The notes under the pieces were generated by a model, which was not told the DNA's origin, did not search any database, and worked only from the letters and a program-made list of their open reading frames with translations. This document shows, piece by piece, positions 9,127 through 17,819 of a DNA stretch of 64,000 bases. Position numbers and translations under genes: made by a program. Within the stretch, counting starts at the first letter, position 1. Each line of letters starts with the position of its first letter. This DNA is from Allosphingosinicella sp. Lineage in GTDB: Bacteria > Pseudomonadota > Alphaproteobacteria > Sphingomonadales > Sphingomonadaceae. The DNA lies in NCBI GenBank assembly GCA_035502235.1, contig DATJUQ010000027.1, forward strand, positions 5,555-69,554, given 5' to 3'.

Positions 9127-9984
9127 ATGGCGGTCATGAATGACCGCATCCTGGCGCGTGTCGCGCTTTTGCTCCTTTCGTTCGCCGCGCTCGTCGCGGG
9201 CGCGGGCGCCGCCGCCGCGAGCCCGGGCAGGCTGGCCGCCGTGCCGCGCGCCGCGCCGGCGCCCGCCGCGCGGCCGGCGCCGGGGCTGTCGCGGCTGCCA
9301 AGCGGGGCGATCGCCTATCTGCCCGCGCGCGCCGATCGCGCCCGGCCGCTGCCCCTGCTCGTGCTCCTGCCCGGGACGAACGGCACGGCGGCGGAGATGA
9401 TCCGGGCGCTGCGGCCCGCCGCGGACCGGCACGGCGTGCTGCTGCTCGCCTTGCGGTCGCGCGGCGAGAATTGGGATGCGGTCGACGCTTTCTTCGACGC
9501 CTATGAGGCGGGGACGGCGGCGGGGCGGGCGCTGTGGCCCGTGCCGCGCTTCGGCGCGGACGTCGGGCGGATCGACGCCGCGCTGGCCGATCTGTTCGCG
9601 CGCGTGCCGGTCGATCCGGCGCGGATCGGCCTGCTCGGCTTCTCGCACGGCGCCAGCTACGCGCTGTCGCTCGGCGCCGCCAACCGGCGCCTCTTCTCGA
9701 CGATCGTCGCTTTGTCGCCCGGCATCCTGGTGCTGCCCGAGGGGAGCGGGAGCGGGGGCGGCGGCGGCGGCGGGGGCGGCCAGGTTGTCTACCTGTCCCA
9801 CGGCCTGCGCGACCGAATCCTGCCCTATCGCCGCACCCGCGAAGCCTTCCTGCCGCGGCTGCTCGCTTTGGGCTTCCGCGTCACTTTCCGGCCCTTCGAC
9901 GGCGACCATGTCCTGCCCGACGCGGTGGCGGAGGAGGCGGTGCGGCTGTTTGTCGCGGGTGGGGCGCGGTTAGGATTGGGGTGA
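9127..9984 (+). CDS. Exported alpha/beta hydrolase (phospholipase/carboxylesterase-like)
   Basis: Signal peptide; GFSHGA nucleophile elbow; HG..D.ILP and FDGDH. Confidence 0.8.
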   Translation: MAVMNDRILARVALLLLSFAALVAGAGAAAASPGRLAAVPRAAPAPAARPAPGLSRLPSGAIAYLPARADRARPLPLLVLLPGTNGTAAEMIRALRPAADRHGVLLLALRSRGENWDAVDAFFDAYEAGTAAGRALWPVPRFGADVGRIDAALADLFARVPVDPARIGLLGFSHGASYALSLGAANRRLFSTIVALSPGILVLPEGSGSGGGGGGGGGQVVYLSHGLRDRILPYRRTREAFLPRLLALGFRVTFRPFDGDHVLPDAVAEEAVRLFVAGGARLGLG

Positions 9985-10014
9985 TCGCGGAGGGCGAAGG
10001 CAATTTGCCTTGCC

Positions 10015-10465
10015 GGTCATGCCGGACGTGTTTCAGCATCCAGGCCCGACGCGGCCCTGCTGGGAGCGGCTCCACCCTGCGGTCGCCGGTGTCAGGCACG
10101 TAGCTGGCACGTAACTGACACCATGGGCTTCGCGCCCTTATGTTCTTCTTCGCGCCTTCGCGTGAAACAGGCTGCCTTTTATTTCGCGCGAAGGCGCGAA
10201 GGAAGGGAAGGAAGCTCGCGAAGAGGAGCGGAGGGTCGCCGGAGGGTCGTCGGTGTCAGGCACGTAATTGACACCGCCGATGCGTCATGCCGAACGTGTT
10301 TCAGCATTCAGGCCCGACGCGGCCTTGTATGGACGGATCGCGATGGACTGGGAGCGGCTCCACCCTGGACCCTGAAACAAGTTCAGGGTGACGGATCAGG
10401 ATGGGCGCGGGCGCATTTATCAGGGTCGCCGGTGTCAGGCACGTAGCTGGCACGTAACTGACACC
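10015..10465. repeat. Mosaic of REP-like units, including a perfect 42-bp direct repeat (10081-10122 = 10424-10465)
   Basis: ggtcgccggtgtcaggcacgtagctggcacgtaactgacacc occurs twice, with a shorter variant at 10245-10275; family F at 10128-10223 and family A at 10367-10393. Confidence 0.8.
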
Positions 10466-10512
10466 GCTGGCTTCGCGTTCATTTAAATATGATCGACAGA
10501 TTTTGGCAGTGG

Positions 10513-11103
10513 CTATTTGTCCAAGAGTATTTGGAAACGTTGAAGTAGGCGAGACAGACTAGGCGCATTCGCCGCAGCACCTTCGATGCTCCATTTATCC
10601 CAAATATAAGCCTCCAATATCGAATTGTACTCAGGGCCCACCGAGGCGCCAGAGCCGCCTCTCGGAACCAGTCCATCCCGTATTTTTCTATGACGCGTTT
10701 GATTAGCCAGAAGGATCATGGCTTCCTTCGGATGAGCCAAGCTCTCAGGATCAAGTGGTATTTTGGTCAAACTCACACCCAGAAATTGAGCGAGATTAGT
10801 CCGGTCTGCTATTATCCAGCTTTCCACCTCTCGCACAACAATACGGAGTAGTAGATTTGGATATTCGTCTCGCTCCGGTAGGATCTTCTCCAGCAAGGCT
10901 GGCGCGCAGGGTGCGGCATCCAAATCTCTGAAAACCAACCAGGGTGAATAAGTAGAAGCAGCAGCAAATCCCCGAAGCCCGCTATCGACGCGGCCACATC
11001 CATTCCGATTGTGAGAGGCCGCGACCTCGCACCCAAAATGCGCGACGATTTTCTCAGCAACAGCGAGGTGGAGAAGATCCTCTCCTGCTATGGAGAAGTA
11101 CAT
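10513..11103 (-). CDS. TOPRIM-fold protein, DUF4276-like (putative nuclease)
   Basis: N-terminal GED, central RDLD (DxD), VREVESWIIAD; lower GC; ATG directly follows the ATPase TAA. Confidence 0.7.
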   Translation of the reverse strand: MYFSIAGEDLLHLAVAEKIVAHFGCEVAASHNRNGCGRVDSGLRGFAAASTYSPWLVFRDLDAAPCAPALLEKILPERDEYPNLLLRIVVREVESWIIADRTNLAQFLGVSLTKIPLDPESLAHPKEAMILLANQTRHRKIRDGLVPRGGSGASVGPEYNSILEAYIWDKWSIEGAAANAPSLSRLLQRFQILLDK

Positions 11104-12276
11104 TTAATCTACTACGGCCTCAAAGAGAGATAGCTGTCGAGAGTTGGACGGTCGGACCAAGGGGAACACTGCATCCGCGACAGTGATTCCACCCTGCAAG
11201 AGGAGGCGAACCTGCTGATTGTTAATTGCTGTCTGAACTTTGGTGCCCTCATGGGCGCTAGCTAGGAGGTGCACCTCATCTAACGCAACCCCTTGATCCG
11301 ACAGTAGGGCCTCGGAGTGTGTGGTCACAAGTATCTGACGGCCGCTGCGCCTTGCTGCACGGCTAAACACTGACGGCAGGTGCTGGACGACAGCAGGATG
11401 CAAAGAAAGTTCGGGCTCCTCGAGCAGTAGTGACCCGCCACTTTCCATGAGGGCCCAGAGTAGACCCATCAATCTAAGTGTACCGTCGCTAAACTGAGCT
11501 TCAGTTTGCCAAGCTCCTGTGGCTCGCCAGTGCTCATAGCGACCCTTAAGATGCCAAAATCCCTTAGTATCCTGCTCCAGTGTCAGCTCACTGAGCTGCG
11601 GAACGGCAAATTTTATACTATCGGCTATGCGCCTCAGGCGGGAATCGCGGGTTCTCTTTTGCGTATTGGCTACCAACTCCAAGAAGTCGCCGCCATAAGG
11701 ATCTTCGAGTCTGCCGAAGGAGCGATCGGGTTCGCGAACAATTTGCGGCACGATATGTCTATAATTAATGGAGGCAAAGAAGCTTGCTAAGGGCCTGAAT
11801 TCTTTATTCGCTGAAATCTGTTCTATGTGGGTTTGGCTCAGAAGTGCCTCATCTGCGATGTCGTTTTCGTTTGGCCGGCTCAGGACTATTTGTTCATTGC
11901 GCCAAATACTTTCCTCAAGTATTTTGGGGTTTCGATTATTGTCTTGACCAAATGCAATCCGGTATCGCCAGGCGTTAGGACGATCATCGGACCCAATAGA
12001 AACATCAATGACAACGTCTGTTCGTTTCCGGGTAAAAAGGCTCCTGATCGCCGAGACACCTCCCCTAGCTTCGATGGCCTCGCGAAATCCACCGCCGGTG
12101 CGAGCGACGTCTCTAAGGAAACGGAAAACATCCAGCAAATTCGACTTGCCGGCGGCATTCGCGCCAACGAAAAAGGCGCGTCTTTGGAGGGTTATTTCAA
12201 ACTCCCCAAAGTTCTTCCAACGCTCTGCATGTAAGCGCGTAAAGAAGAGGTCAGATTCTTCTATATTATCTGTCAC
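11104..12276 (-). CDS. ABC/AAA_21-type ATPase
   Basis: Walker A GANAAGKSN, signature FSDGT, Walker B LLLEEPE, H-loop VTTHS; lower GC; GTG start overlaps the nrdB TGA. Confidence 0.9.
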   Translation of the reverse strand: MTDNIEESDLFFTRLHAERWKNFGEFEITLQRRAFFVGANAAGKSNLLDVFRFLRDVARTGGGFREAIEARGGVSAIRSLFTRKRTDVVIDVSIGSDDRPNAWRYRIAFGQDNNRNPKILEESIWRNEQIVLSRPNENDIADEALLSQTHIEQISANKEFRPLASFFASINYRHIVPQIVREPDRSFGRLEDPYGGDFLELVANTQKRTRDSRLRRIADSIKFAVPQLSELTLEQDTKGFWHLKGRYEHWRATGAWQTEAQFSDGTLRLMGLLWALMESGGSLLLEEPELSLHPAVVQHLPSVFSRAARRSGRQILVTTHSEALLSDQGVALDEVHLLASAHEGTKVQTAINNQQVRLLLQGGITVADAVFPLVRPSNSRQLSLFEAVVD

Positions 12277-13328
12277 TCCGCCGCCACCCCAGCCCTAGTG
12301 AACATATCGTCCCCGCCCTCCGCGCTCTCCGGCGCGTCGTTCGCCGCCTTCGCGCTCTGGCGCCGGTCGAAATTGTCCCAGACTTCGCCCCAATTCCCCC
12401 TTGTCGCCGCCTTCGAATATTCCGTGGCGCGGGTCTCGAAGAAATTGGCGTGCTCGACGCCGTTCAGCAAAGGCGCCAGCCAGGGCAAGGGATGCTCGTC
12501 GATCATGTAGATGGGCTGGAAGCCGAGCTGGCCGAGGCGCCAGTCGGCGATGTAGCGGATGTATTTCTTGATCTCCTTGGGCGTCATGCCGGGGACCGGG
12601 CCCTGCTCGAAGGCGAGGTCGATGAAGGCGTCCTCGAGGCGGACGGTGCGCTGGCAGACGTCGAGGATCTCGTCGCGGACGTTCTTGGTGAGGCAGTCGC
12701 GCTCCTTCACGAAGGCGTGGAACAGGCGGGTGATGCCCTCGCAATGCAGGCTCTCGTCGCGGACCGACCAGCTGACGATCTGGCCCATGCCCTTCATCTT
12801 GTTGAAGCGCGGGAAGTTCATCAGCATGGCGAAGCTGGCGAAGAGCTGCAGCCCCTCGGTGAAGCCGCCGAACATGGCGAGCGTCTTGGCGATGTCCTCG
12901 TCCGTGTCGACCCCGAAGGTCGCGAGATAATCGTGCTTGTCCTTCATCTCCTTATATTGAAGGAACATGCCATATTCGCTCTCCGGCATGCCGATCGTGT
13001 CGAGCAGGTGGCTGTAGGCGGCGATGTGCACCGTCTCCATGTTGGAGAAGGCGGCGAGCATCATCTTGATCTCGGTCGGCTTGAAGATGCGGCCATATTT
13101 TTCGTGGTAGCAATCCTGCACCTCGACGTCCGCCTGGGTGAAGAAGCGGAAGATCTGGGTGAGCAGGTTGCGCTCGTGATCGGTGAGCTTCTGCGCCCAG
13201 TCGCGGCAATCCTCGCCGAGGGGAACCTCCTCCGGCATCCAGTGGATCTGCTGCTGGCGCTTCCAGAAATCGAACGCCCAGGGATATTCGAACGGCTTGT
13301 ACTGCTTGCGGGCTTCGAGAAGGGGCAT
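12273..13328 (-). CDS. nrdB: Ribonucleotide-diphosphate reductase class Ia beta subunit
   Basis: YKPFEYPWA, FFTQADVEV, METVHIAAY, RDESLH and NFFETRATEY motifs. Confidence 0.97.
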   Translation of the reverse strand: MPLLEARKQYKPFEYPWAFDFWKRQQQIHWMPEEVPLGEDCRDWAQKLTDHERNLLTQIFRFFTQADVEVQDCYHEKYGRIFKPTEIKMMLAAFSNMETVHIAAYSHLLDTIGMPESEYGMFLQYKEMKDKHDYLATFGVDTDEDIAKTLAMFGGFTEGLQLFASFAMLMNFPRFNKMKGMGQIVSWSVRDESLHCEGITRLFHAFVKERDCLTKNVRDEILDVCQRTVRLEDAFIDLAFEQGPVPGMTPKEIKKYIRYIADWRLGQLGFQPIYMIDEHPLPWLAPLLNGVEHANFFETRATEYSKAATRGNWGEVWDNFDRRQSAKAANDAPESAEGGDDMFTRAGVAAE

Positions 13329-13347
13329 GTGACTTACTCCGTTCGAT

Positions 13348-13908
13348 CTATCTGGGGGTGGCGAGGCCGGCGGCAAGGAGGGCCGCGCCGGCAAGGGTGA
13401 GCAAAAGGGTGACGATCACCTGCGTCCCGCGCGAGCGGACGACGAAGGGCGTGGGCTGGAGCAGGCTGCGCAGCTCCTCGAAATAGGCGTCCTTGCCGCG
13501 GGCGAGCCGGTCTTCCAGCCGCAGGCGGTGGCGCCGCTCGCGCCGGCTCTCGCGCGGCGCGCCGGACGCACGCGCGCGCAGCAGCAGCATGACGAGCGGG
13601 GCGATGAGGCCCATGGCCAGGAAGAAGCCGCCGACCGCGATTAGGAAGACGCGGCCGGGGCTCGACGGCACCGGGCTGGTCAGCTGCAGCAGGGCGAGGA
13701 GGAGGAAGGCGGCCCCGCCGGCATAGCTCCACCAGGGGGAGGGCGCGGCCGGCGGCGCCGGGTCCATGCCGTGCTGGGCGCGCGCCGCGATCAGCCAGGC
13801 CGGCTCGGGCGCGGGCCGGCCCTGCGGCAGGAGCAGGGTCACGCCGACCGCGGCGTAGAAAAAGGCCTGGGCGAGCGTGCCCCAGGCGAAACCGCCGGGG
13901 CCGGTCAT
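13348..13908 (-). CDS. Hypothetical membrane protein
   Basis: Four hydrophobic segments; ATGA overlap with the upstream gene; RBS for nrdB follows. Confidence 0.65.
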   Translation of the reverse strand: MTGPGGFAWGTLAQAFFYAAVGVTLLLPQGRPAPEPAWLIAARAQHGMDPAPPAAPSPWWSYAGGAAFLLLALLQLTSPVPSSPGRVFLIAVGGFFLAMGLIAPLVMLLLRARASGAPRESRRERRHRLRLEDRLARGKDAYFEELRSLLQPTPFVVRSRGTQVIVTLLLTLAGAALLAAGLATPR

Positions 13909-14159
13909 GCCCGGCCGCCGTTCAGCGCCTCGATGCCGGCGATCGCGCCGCCGAGGAGGAGCAGGGCGCCGAGGATGCGGACGCCCCAGAGCGCGCCGCG
14001 GCCGGAGAGGAGGCGGATCTGGAAGGGGACGGTGCCGCCCGCGCCGATGTGGCGCTGCTGCCAGGCCATGCCGCGCAGGAGGAAGGCGAGGAGCGCCCGG
14101 GCGAAGAGCAGGCAAACCAGGCCGAACAGCAGCATCAGGGCGAGGGGGAGCCAGCTCAT
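13905..14159 (-). CDS. Small hypothetical membrane protein (84 aa)
   Basis: Two TM segments; ATGA overlaps at both ends. Confidence 0.65.
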   Translation of the reverse strand: MSWLPLALMLLFGLVCLLFARALLAFLLRGMAWQQRHIGAGGTVPFQIRLLSGRGALWGVRILGALLLLGGAIAGIEALNGGRA

Positions 14160-14605
14160 GCTCCCTCGTCCCGGATCACGCGGCCCTCGACCACGCCGCT
14201 CCGGGCGCCGTCGCCGGCGCGGGGCGGGCGGGCGCTGCGGTAGACGATGCGGGTGCGGCGGGCGCCGACGCCGAACACGACCACGCCGAGGAAATAGCCG
14301 AAATCGTACCAGCCGCCATTGTTGGGCACGGCATAGACCGCGACCTCGGGCACGAAGAGCGAGACCGCCCAGGCGAAGGGGAAGACGAAGCCGTCCCACA
14401 GGCCGCGCAGGAAGCCCGGCGCGCCGGCCACGACCGCGCCCGCCGCCGTCTGCCGCGCGCAGGCGGTAAGGACGAGGAGCAGACCAAGAACCACCACCGT
14501 TCGCCTTGAGTCCGTCGAACGGCTTTCCGTCCCGCCCAGGCGGAAGAAGGGGAGGGCTTCGACAGGCTCAGCCCGAACGGACTTTGGGTTTCTGCCCATG
14601 TTCAT
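14156..14605 (-). CDS. Membrane lipoprotein with an in-frame REP insertion in its N-terminus
   Basis: TGATG-coupled start; lipobox LTAC; GFLRGLWDG...VYAVPNNGGWYDFGY motif. Confidence 0.75.
   Translation of the reverse strand: MNMGRNPKSVRAEPVEALPFFRLGGTESRSTDSRRTVVVLGLLLVLTACARQTAAGAVVAGAPGFLRGLWDGFVFPFAWAVSLFVPEVAVYAVPNNGGWYDFGYFLGVVVFGVGARRTRIVYRSARPPRAGDGARSGVVEGRVIRDEGA
14497..14580. repeat. REP doublet, family C (84 bp), inside a CDS
   Basis: ccgttcgccttgagtccgtcgaa...ttcgacaggctcagcccgaacgg; homologous to 19319-19399 and 31346-31428. Confidence 0.85.
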
Positions 14606-14781
14606 CAGTCCAGATAGCCGAGGCCGATGGCGCCGAAGATGCCGGCGGCGAGCAAAGAGAGCGCGGCGGCCTGGCGCTGCTGGCCGAAGCCGCGCTGGCC
14701 GCGGGTGCGCACGAACAGGGCGATCGCGATGATCAGGAAGACGATGCCGATGACGAACTTGGCCGTGCTGACGATCTGCAT
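14605..14781 (-). CDS. Small membrane protein (58 aa), missed by the ORF track
   Basis: MQIVSTAKFVIGIVFLIIAIALFVRTRGQRGFGQQRQAAALSLLAAGIFGAIGLGYLD; RBS GAGGGA; high-GC3 codons; two TM segments. Confidence 0.7.
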   Translation of the reverse strand: MQIVSTAKFVIGIVFLIIAIALFVRTRGQRGFGQQRQAAALSLLAAGIFGAIGLGYLD

Positions 14782-14870
14782 CGCGTGTTCCCTCAGGCGT
14801 TCATGCCCTCATCCTCCCACGCCTGCGGCGCGGGCCTTTTCCCTCTCCCCGAACGGGAGAGGGCTCATGC

Positions 14871-16778
14871 TCACTGGCAGGCCAGGCACTCGTCATAATC
14901 CGTCGACTGCAGCTCGATCTCGCGCAGGTCCGGCGTGTTGTCCGCCTCGACGCCGCCGGCGAAGCCCGCGCGCTGCACGGACTTGGAGCGGAGATAATAG
15001 AGGCTTTTGATGCCCAGCTCCCAGGCCCGGTAGTGGAGCATCAGCAGATCCCATTTGTCCACGTCGGCCGGGATGAACAGGTTCAGGCTGGTGGCCTGGT
15101 CGATATAGGGCGTGCGGTCCGCGGCCAGCTCGATCAGCCAGCGCTGGTCGATCTCGAAGCTGGTCTTGAAGACGTCCTTCTCCTCCTGGGTCAGGAAATC
15201 GAGATGCTGGACCGAGCCGCCCCGCTCCAGGATCGTCGACCAGATGCCCTCGCTGTTCTTCGACTTCTCGATCAGCATCTTCTCCAGATGCGGGTTGCGG
15301 ATCGACCAGCTGCCCGAGAGCGTCTTGTGGGTGTAGATATTGGCCGGGATCGGCTCGATGCAGGCCGAGGTGCCGCCGGCGATGATCGAGATGCTCGCGG
15401 TCGGCGCGATCGCCATCTTGCAGCTGAACCGCTCCATCACGCCCATGTCGGCGGCGTCGGGACAGGGGCCGCGCTCGTTGGCGAGCATCAGCGACGCCTC
15501 GTCCACCTGCGCGCGGATATGCTTGAAGATGCGCATGTTCCACGATTTGGCCATGGCGCCCTCGAAGGGGAGGCCGCGGGCCTGCAGGAAGGAGTGGAAG
15601 CCCATCACGCCGAGGCCGACGCTGCGCTCGCGCTCGGCCGAATAGCGGGCGCGGTCCATCTCCTCGGGCGCGCGCTCGATATAGTCGGAGAGGACGTTGT
15701 CGAGGAAACGCATCACGTCCTCGATGAACATCTTCTCGCCGTTCCACTCGTCCCAGGTCTCGAGGTTGAGCGAGGAGAGGCAGCAGACCGCGGTCCGCTC
15801 GGCGCCGAGATGGTCCGTCCCGGTCGGCAAGGTGATCTCCGAGCAGAGGTTGGAGGTCGAGACCTTGAGGCCGAGATCGCGGTGGTGCTTGGGCATCGAC
15901 CGGTTCACCTGGTCGATGAAGATGATGTAGGGCTCGCCGGTCGCGAGGCGGGTCTCGACCAGCTTCTGGAAGAGGGAGCGGGCGTCGACCGTGCCGCGCT
16001 CGGAGCCGTCCTTCGGGCTCTGCAGCTGCCAGTCGCGGCCGTCGCGCACCGCCTCCATGAACGCGTCGGTGACGAGCACGCCATGGTGGAGGTTCAGCGC
16101 CTTGCGGTTGAAATCGCCCGACGGCTTGCGGATCTCCAGGAACTCCTCGATCTCCGGGTGGGAGATGTCGAGATAGCAGGCGGCCGAGCCGCGGCGCAGC
16201 GAGCCCTGGCTGATCGCGAGGGTCAGCGAATCCATCACCCGGACGAAGGGAATGATGCCCGAGGTCTTGCCGTTGAGGCCGACCGCCTCGCCGATGCCGC
16301 GGACATTGCCCCAATAGGTGCCGATGCCGCCGCCGCGCGCGGCGAGCCAGACATTCTCGTTCCAGGTGCCGACGATCCCTTCCAGGCTGTCGTTCACGCT
16401 GTTCAGGTAGCAGGAAATGGGCAGGCCCCGGCCGGTGCCGCCGTTGGAGAGAACGGGCGTCGCCGGCATGAACCAGAGCTTCGAGATATAGTCGTAGAGC
16501 CGCTGGGCGTGCGCGGCATCGTCGGCATAGGCCGAGGCGACGCGGACGAAGAGGTCCTGGAAATTCTCGCCGGGCAGCAGGTAGCGGTCCTGCAGCGTGT
16601 CCTTGCCGAAATCGGTCAGCAGGGCATCGCGCGAATGGTCGACCTCGACCGGGTAGACGATCGGCTTCACCGACTTCGAATCGGTGTCCGCCGCCTTGGC
16701 CGGCTTCTTCTTCGGCGCTTCGGTCACGCTCGTGCTCACGTCGGCCTGGCTCACCTCGCTGCTGCCGGACAGGTCCAT
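14871..16778 (-). CDS. nrdA: Ribonucleotide-diphosphate reductase class Ia alpha subunit
   Basis: TPVLSNGG, LPISCYL, SNLCSEI, MAIAPTASIS, LYYLRS and C-terminal CLACQ. Confidence 0.97.
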   Translation of the reverse strand: MDLSGSSEVSQADVSTSVTEAPKKKPAKAADTDSKSVKPIVYPVEVDHSRDALLTDFGKDTLQDRYLLPGENFQDLFVRVASAYADDAAHAQRLYDYISKLWFMPATPVLSNGGTGRGLPISCYLNSVNDSLEGIVGTWNENVWLAARGGGIGTYWGNVRGIGEAVGLNGKTSGIIPFVRVMDSLTLAISQGSLRRGSAACYLDISHPEIEEFLEIRKPSGDFNRKALNLHHGVLVTDAFMEAVRDGRDWQLQSPKDGSERGTVDARSLFQKLVETRLATGEPYIIFIDQVNRSMPKHHRDLGLKVSTSNLCSEITLPTGTDHLGAERTAVCCLSSLNLETWDEWNGEKMFIEDVMRFLDNVLSDYIERAPEEMDRARYSAERERSVGLGVMGFHSFLQARGLPFEGAMAKSWNMRIFKHIRAQVDEASLMLANERGPCPDAADMGVMERFSCKMAIAPTASISIIAGGTSACIEPIPANIYTHKTLSGSWSIRNPHLEKMLIEKSKNSEGIWSTILERGGSVQHLDFLTQEEKDVFKTSFEIDQRWLIELAADRTPYIDQATSLNLFIPADVDKWDLLMLHYRAWELGIKSLYYLRSKSVQRAGFAGGVEADNTPDLREIELQSTDYDECLACQ

Positions 16779-16931
16779 CACTCTACCCCTTGTTCCTATA
16801 ACGTTCCAGTGGGACTTGGGTCCCATCTAAGCGATTCTTCAGGGGCGTGGGCGGCTCATTTCGTCTTGTCCCCGATATCCACAGGACAGACGGCGGCCCG
16901 CTCGGCGACAGCTGTCACCGATTGGGCGCTC

Positions 16932-16979
16932 CTACAACCACTAGCGGCTCCCCCTGCGAAGCGCCACCATCCATTGTGC
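16932..16979. promoter_or_regulatory. Possible tandem NrdR boxes upstream of nrdA
   Basis: Two degenerate 16-mers (16932-16947 and 16964-16979) 32 bp apart resemble acaCwAtATaTwGtg, each with several mismatches. Confidence 0.3.
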
Positions 16980-17148
16980 CTCAAATCGAGTCCCACGCAA
17001 TAGCGTAAATATGCCGTAAGGACTCGCTTCGTCGCATTATATGGGTGCGACGAACCGAATCTTCGAGGGGTGGAGAGGGGTAAAAGCGGGCGTCGCGACA
17101 GAGGGCCGCGAGAGTGCCTGGCGGCGGATCCGGCGGCGGCCGATCGGG

Positions 17149-17583
17149 TCAGGCGTCGGGCGCGCGCGAAGGCTCGCCGAGAGCGAAACGCCGGCTCGCC
17201 TCGGCAATGAAGGCCGAGCGCGTCAGATTGCGGTCGCCGGCGGCGCGATCGACCAGATTCAGCACATTCTCGTCCATGGTGATGTTCACGCGCAGGGTGC
17301 GCCCGCCGGGCAGGATGGCCGGAATGAGCGTGGCGAAGGTCGCCGTCTCGCGGTCCTCGGCGAAATCGGGATCGTCGATGACCTCCTCGGGCGGGCGGGC
17401 CGGCGGCACCGGGAGACCCGCGTCCACCAAGGCGGCGATATGGTCGGCAAGCACGCGGCGCGCCACGGCGAGGGATTCGTCGAGCGTCGCTTCCCCCGCG
17501 TCCGCCGTGAAGCCGTCGATATCGGGGATGGTGAAGCCGTAGCCGCCCTCGTCGTTCGGAAAGCCAAAAGCAAGATAGTACAT
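17149..17583 (-). CDS. hicB: HicB family antitoxin
   Basis: GYGFTIPDIDG N-terminal RNase-H-like fold and C-terminal RHH (RVNITMDE...RSAFIAEA). Confidence 0.9.
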   Translation of the reverse strand: MYYLAFGFPNDEGGYGFTIPDIDGFTADAGEATLDESLAVARRVLADHIAALVDAGLPVPPARPPEEVIDDPDFAEDRETATFATLIPAILPGGRTLRVNITMDENVLNLVDRAAGDRNLTRSAFIAEASRRFALGEPSRAPDA

Positions 17584-17621
17584 CGTCCGTCATTCCTTCC
17601 CGTCTGTCGGGCCGCCGGGCG

Positions 17622-17807
17622 CTACCGCCACCCCGCCGCTTTCTCGATCGCCAGCCTGAGCCCCCTGGGCAGATCCTTTCTCGGGTGCGGCACCGTGATC
17701 AGGTGCGGGACGCCCTCCTTCTTGAAGGTGACATGGCTGCCGGCCCGCGAGACCTCCGCCCAGCCTTCCCTCCGCAAGCGCCGAATGATGGCGTGGCTCT
17801 CGCCCAT
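17622..17807 (-). CDS. hicA: HicA family toxin (mRNA interferase)
   Basis: LRREGW...GSHVTF...ITVPHPRKDLPRG...IEKAAG. Confidence 0.92.
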   Translation of the reverse strand: MGESHAIIRRLRREGWAEVSRAGSHVTFKKEGVPHLITVPHPRKDLPRGLRLAIEKAAGWR

Positions 17808-17819
17808 CCCTCACCCTCC

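Noticed and set aside
10081-10465. Possible CRISPR array (42-bp direct repeats)
   Set aside because: Only two full copies about 300 bp apart, the intervening DNA is made of other REPs, and no cas genes are present.
12273-16778. Intron, intein or homing endonuclease in nrdA or nrdB
   Set aside because: Both ORFs are continuous and of normal length, and the intervening ORFs are membrane proteins without nuclease motifs.
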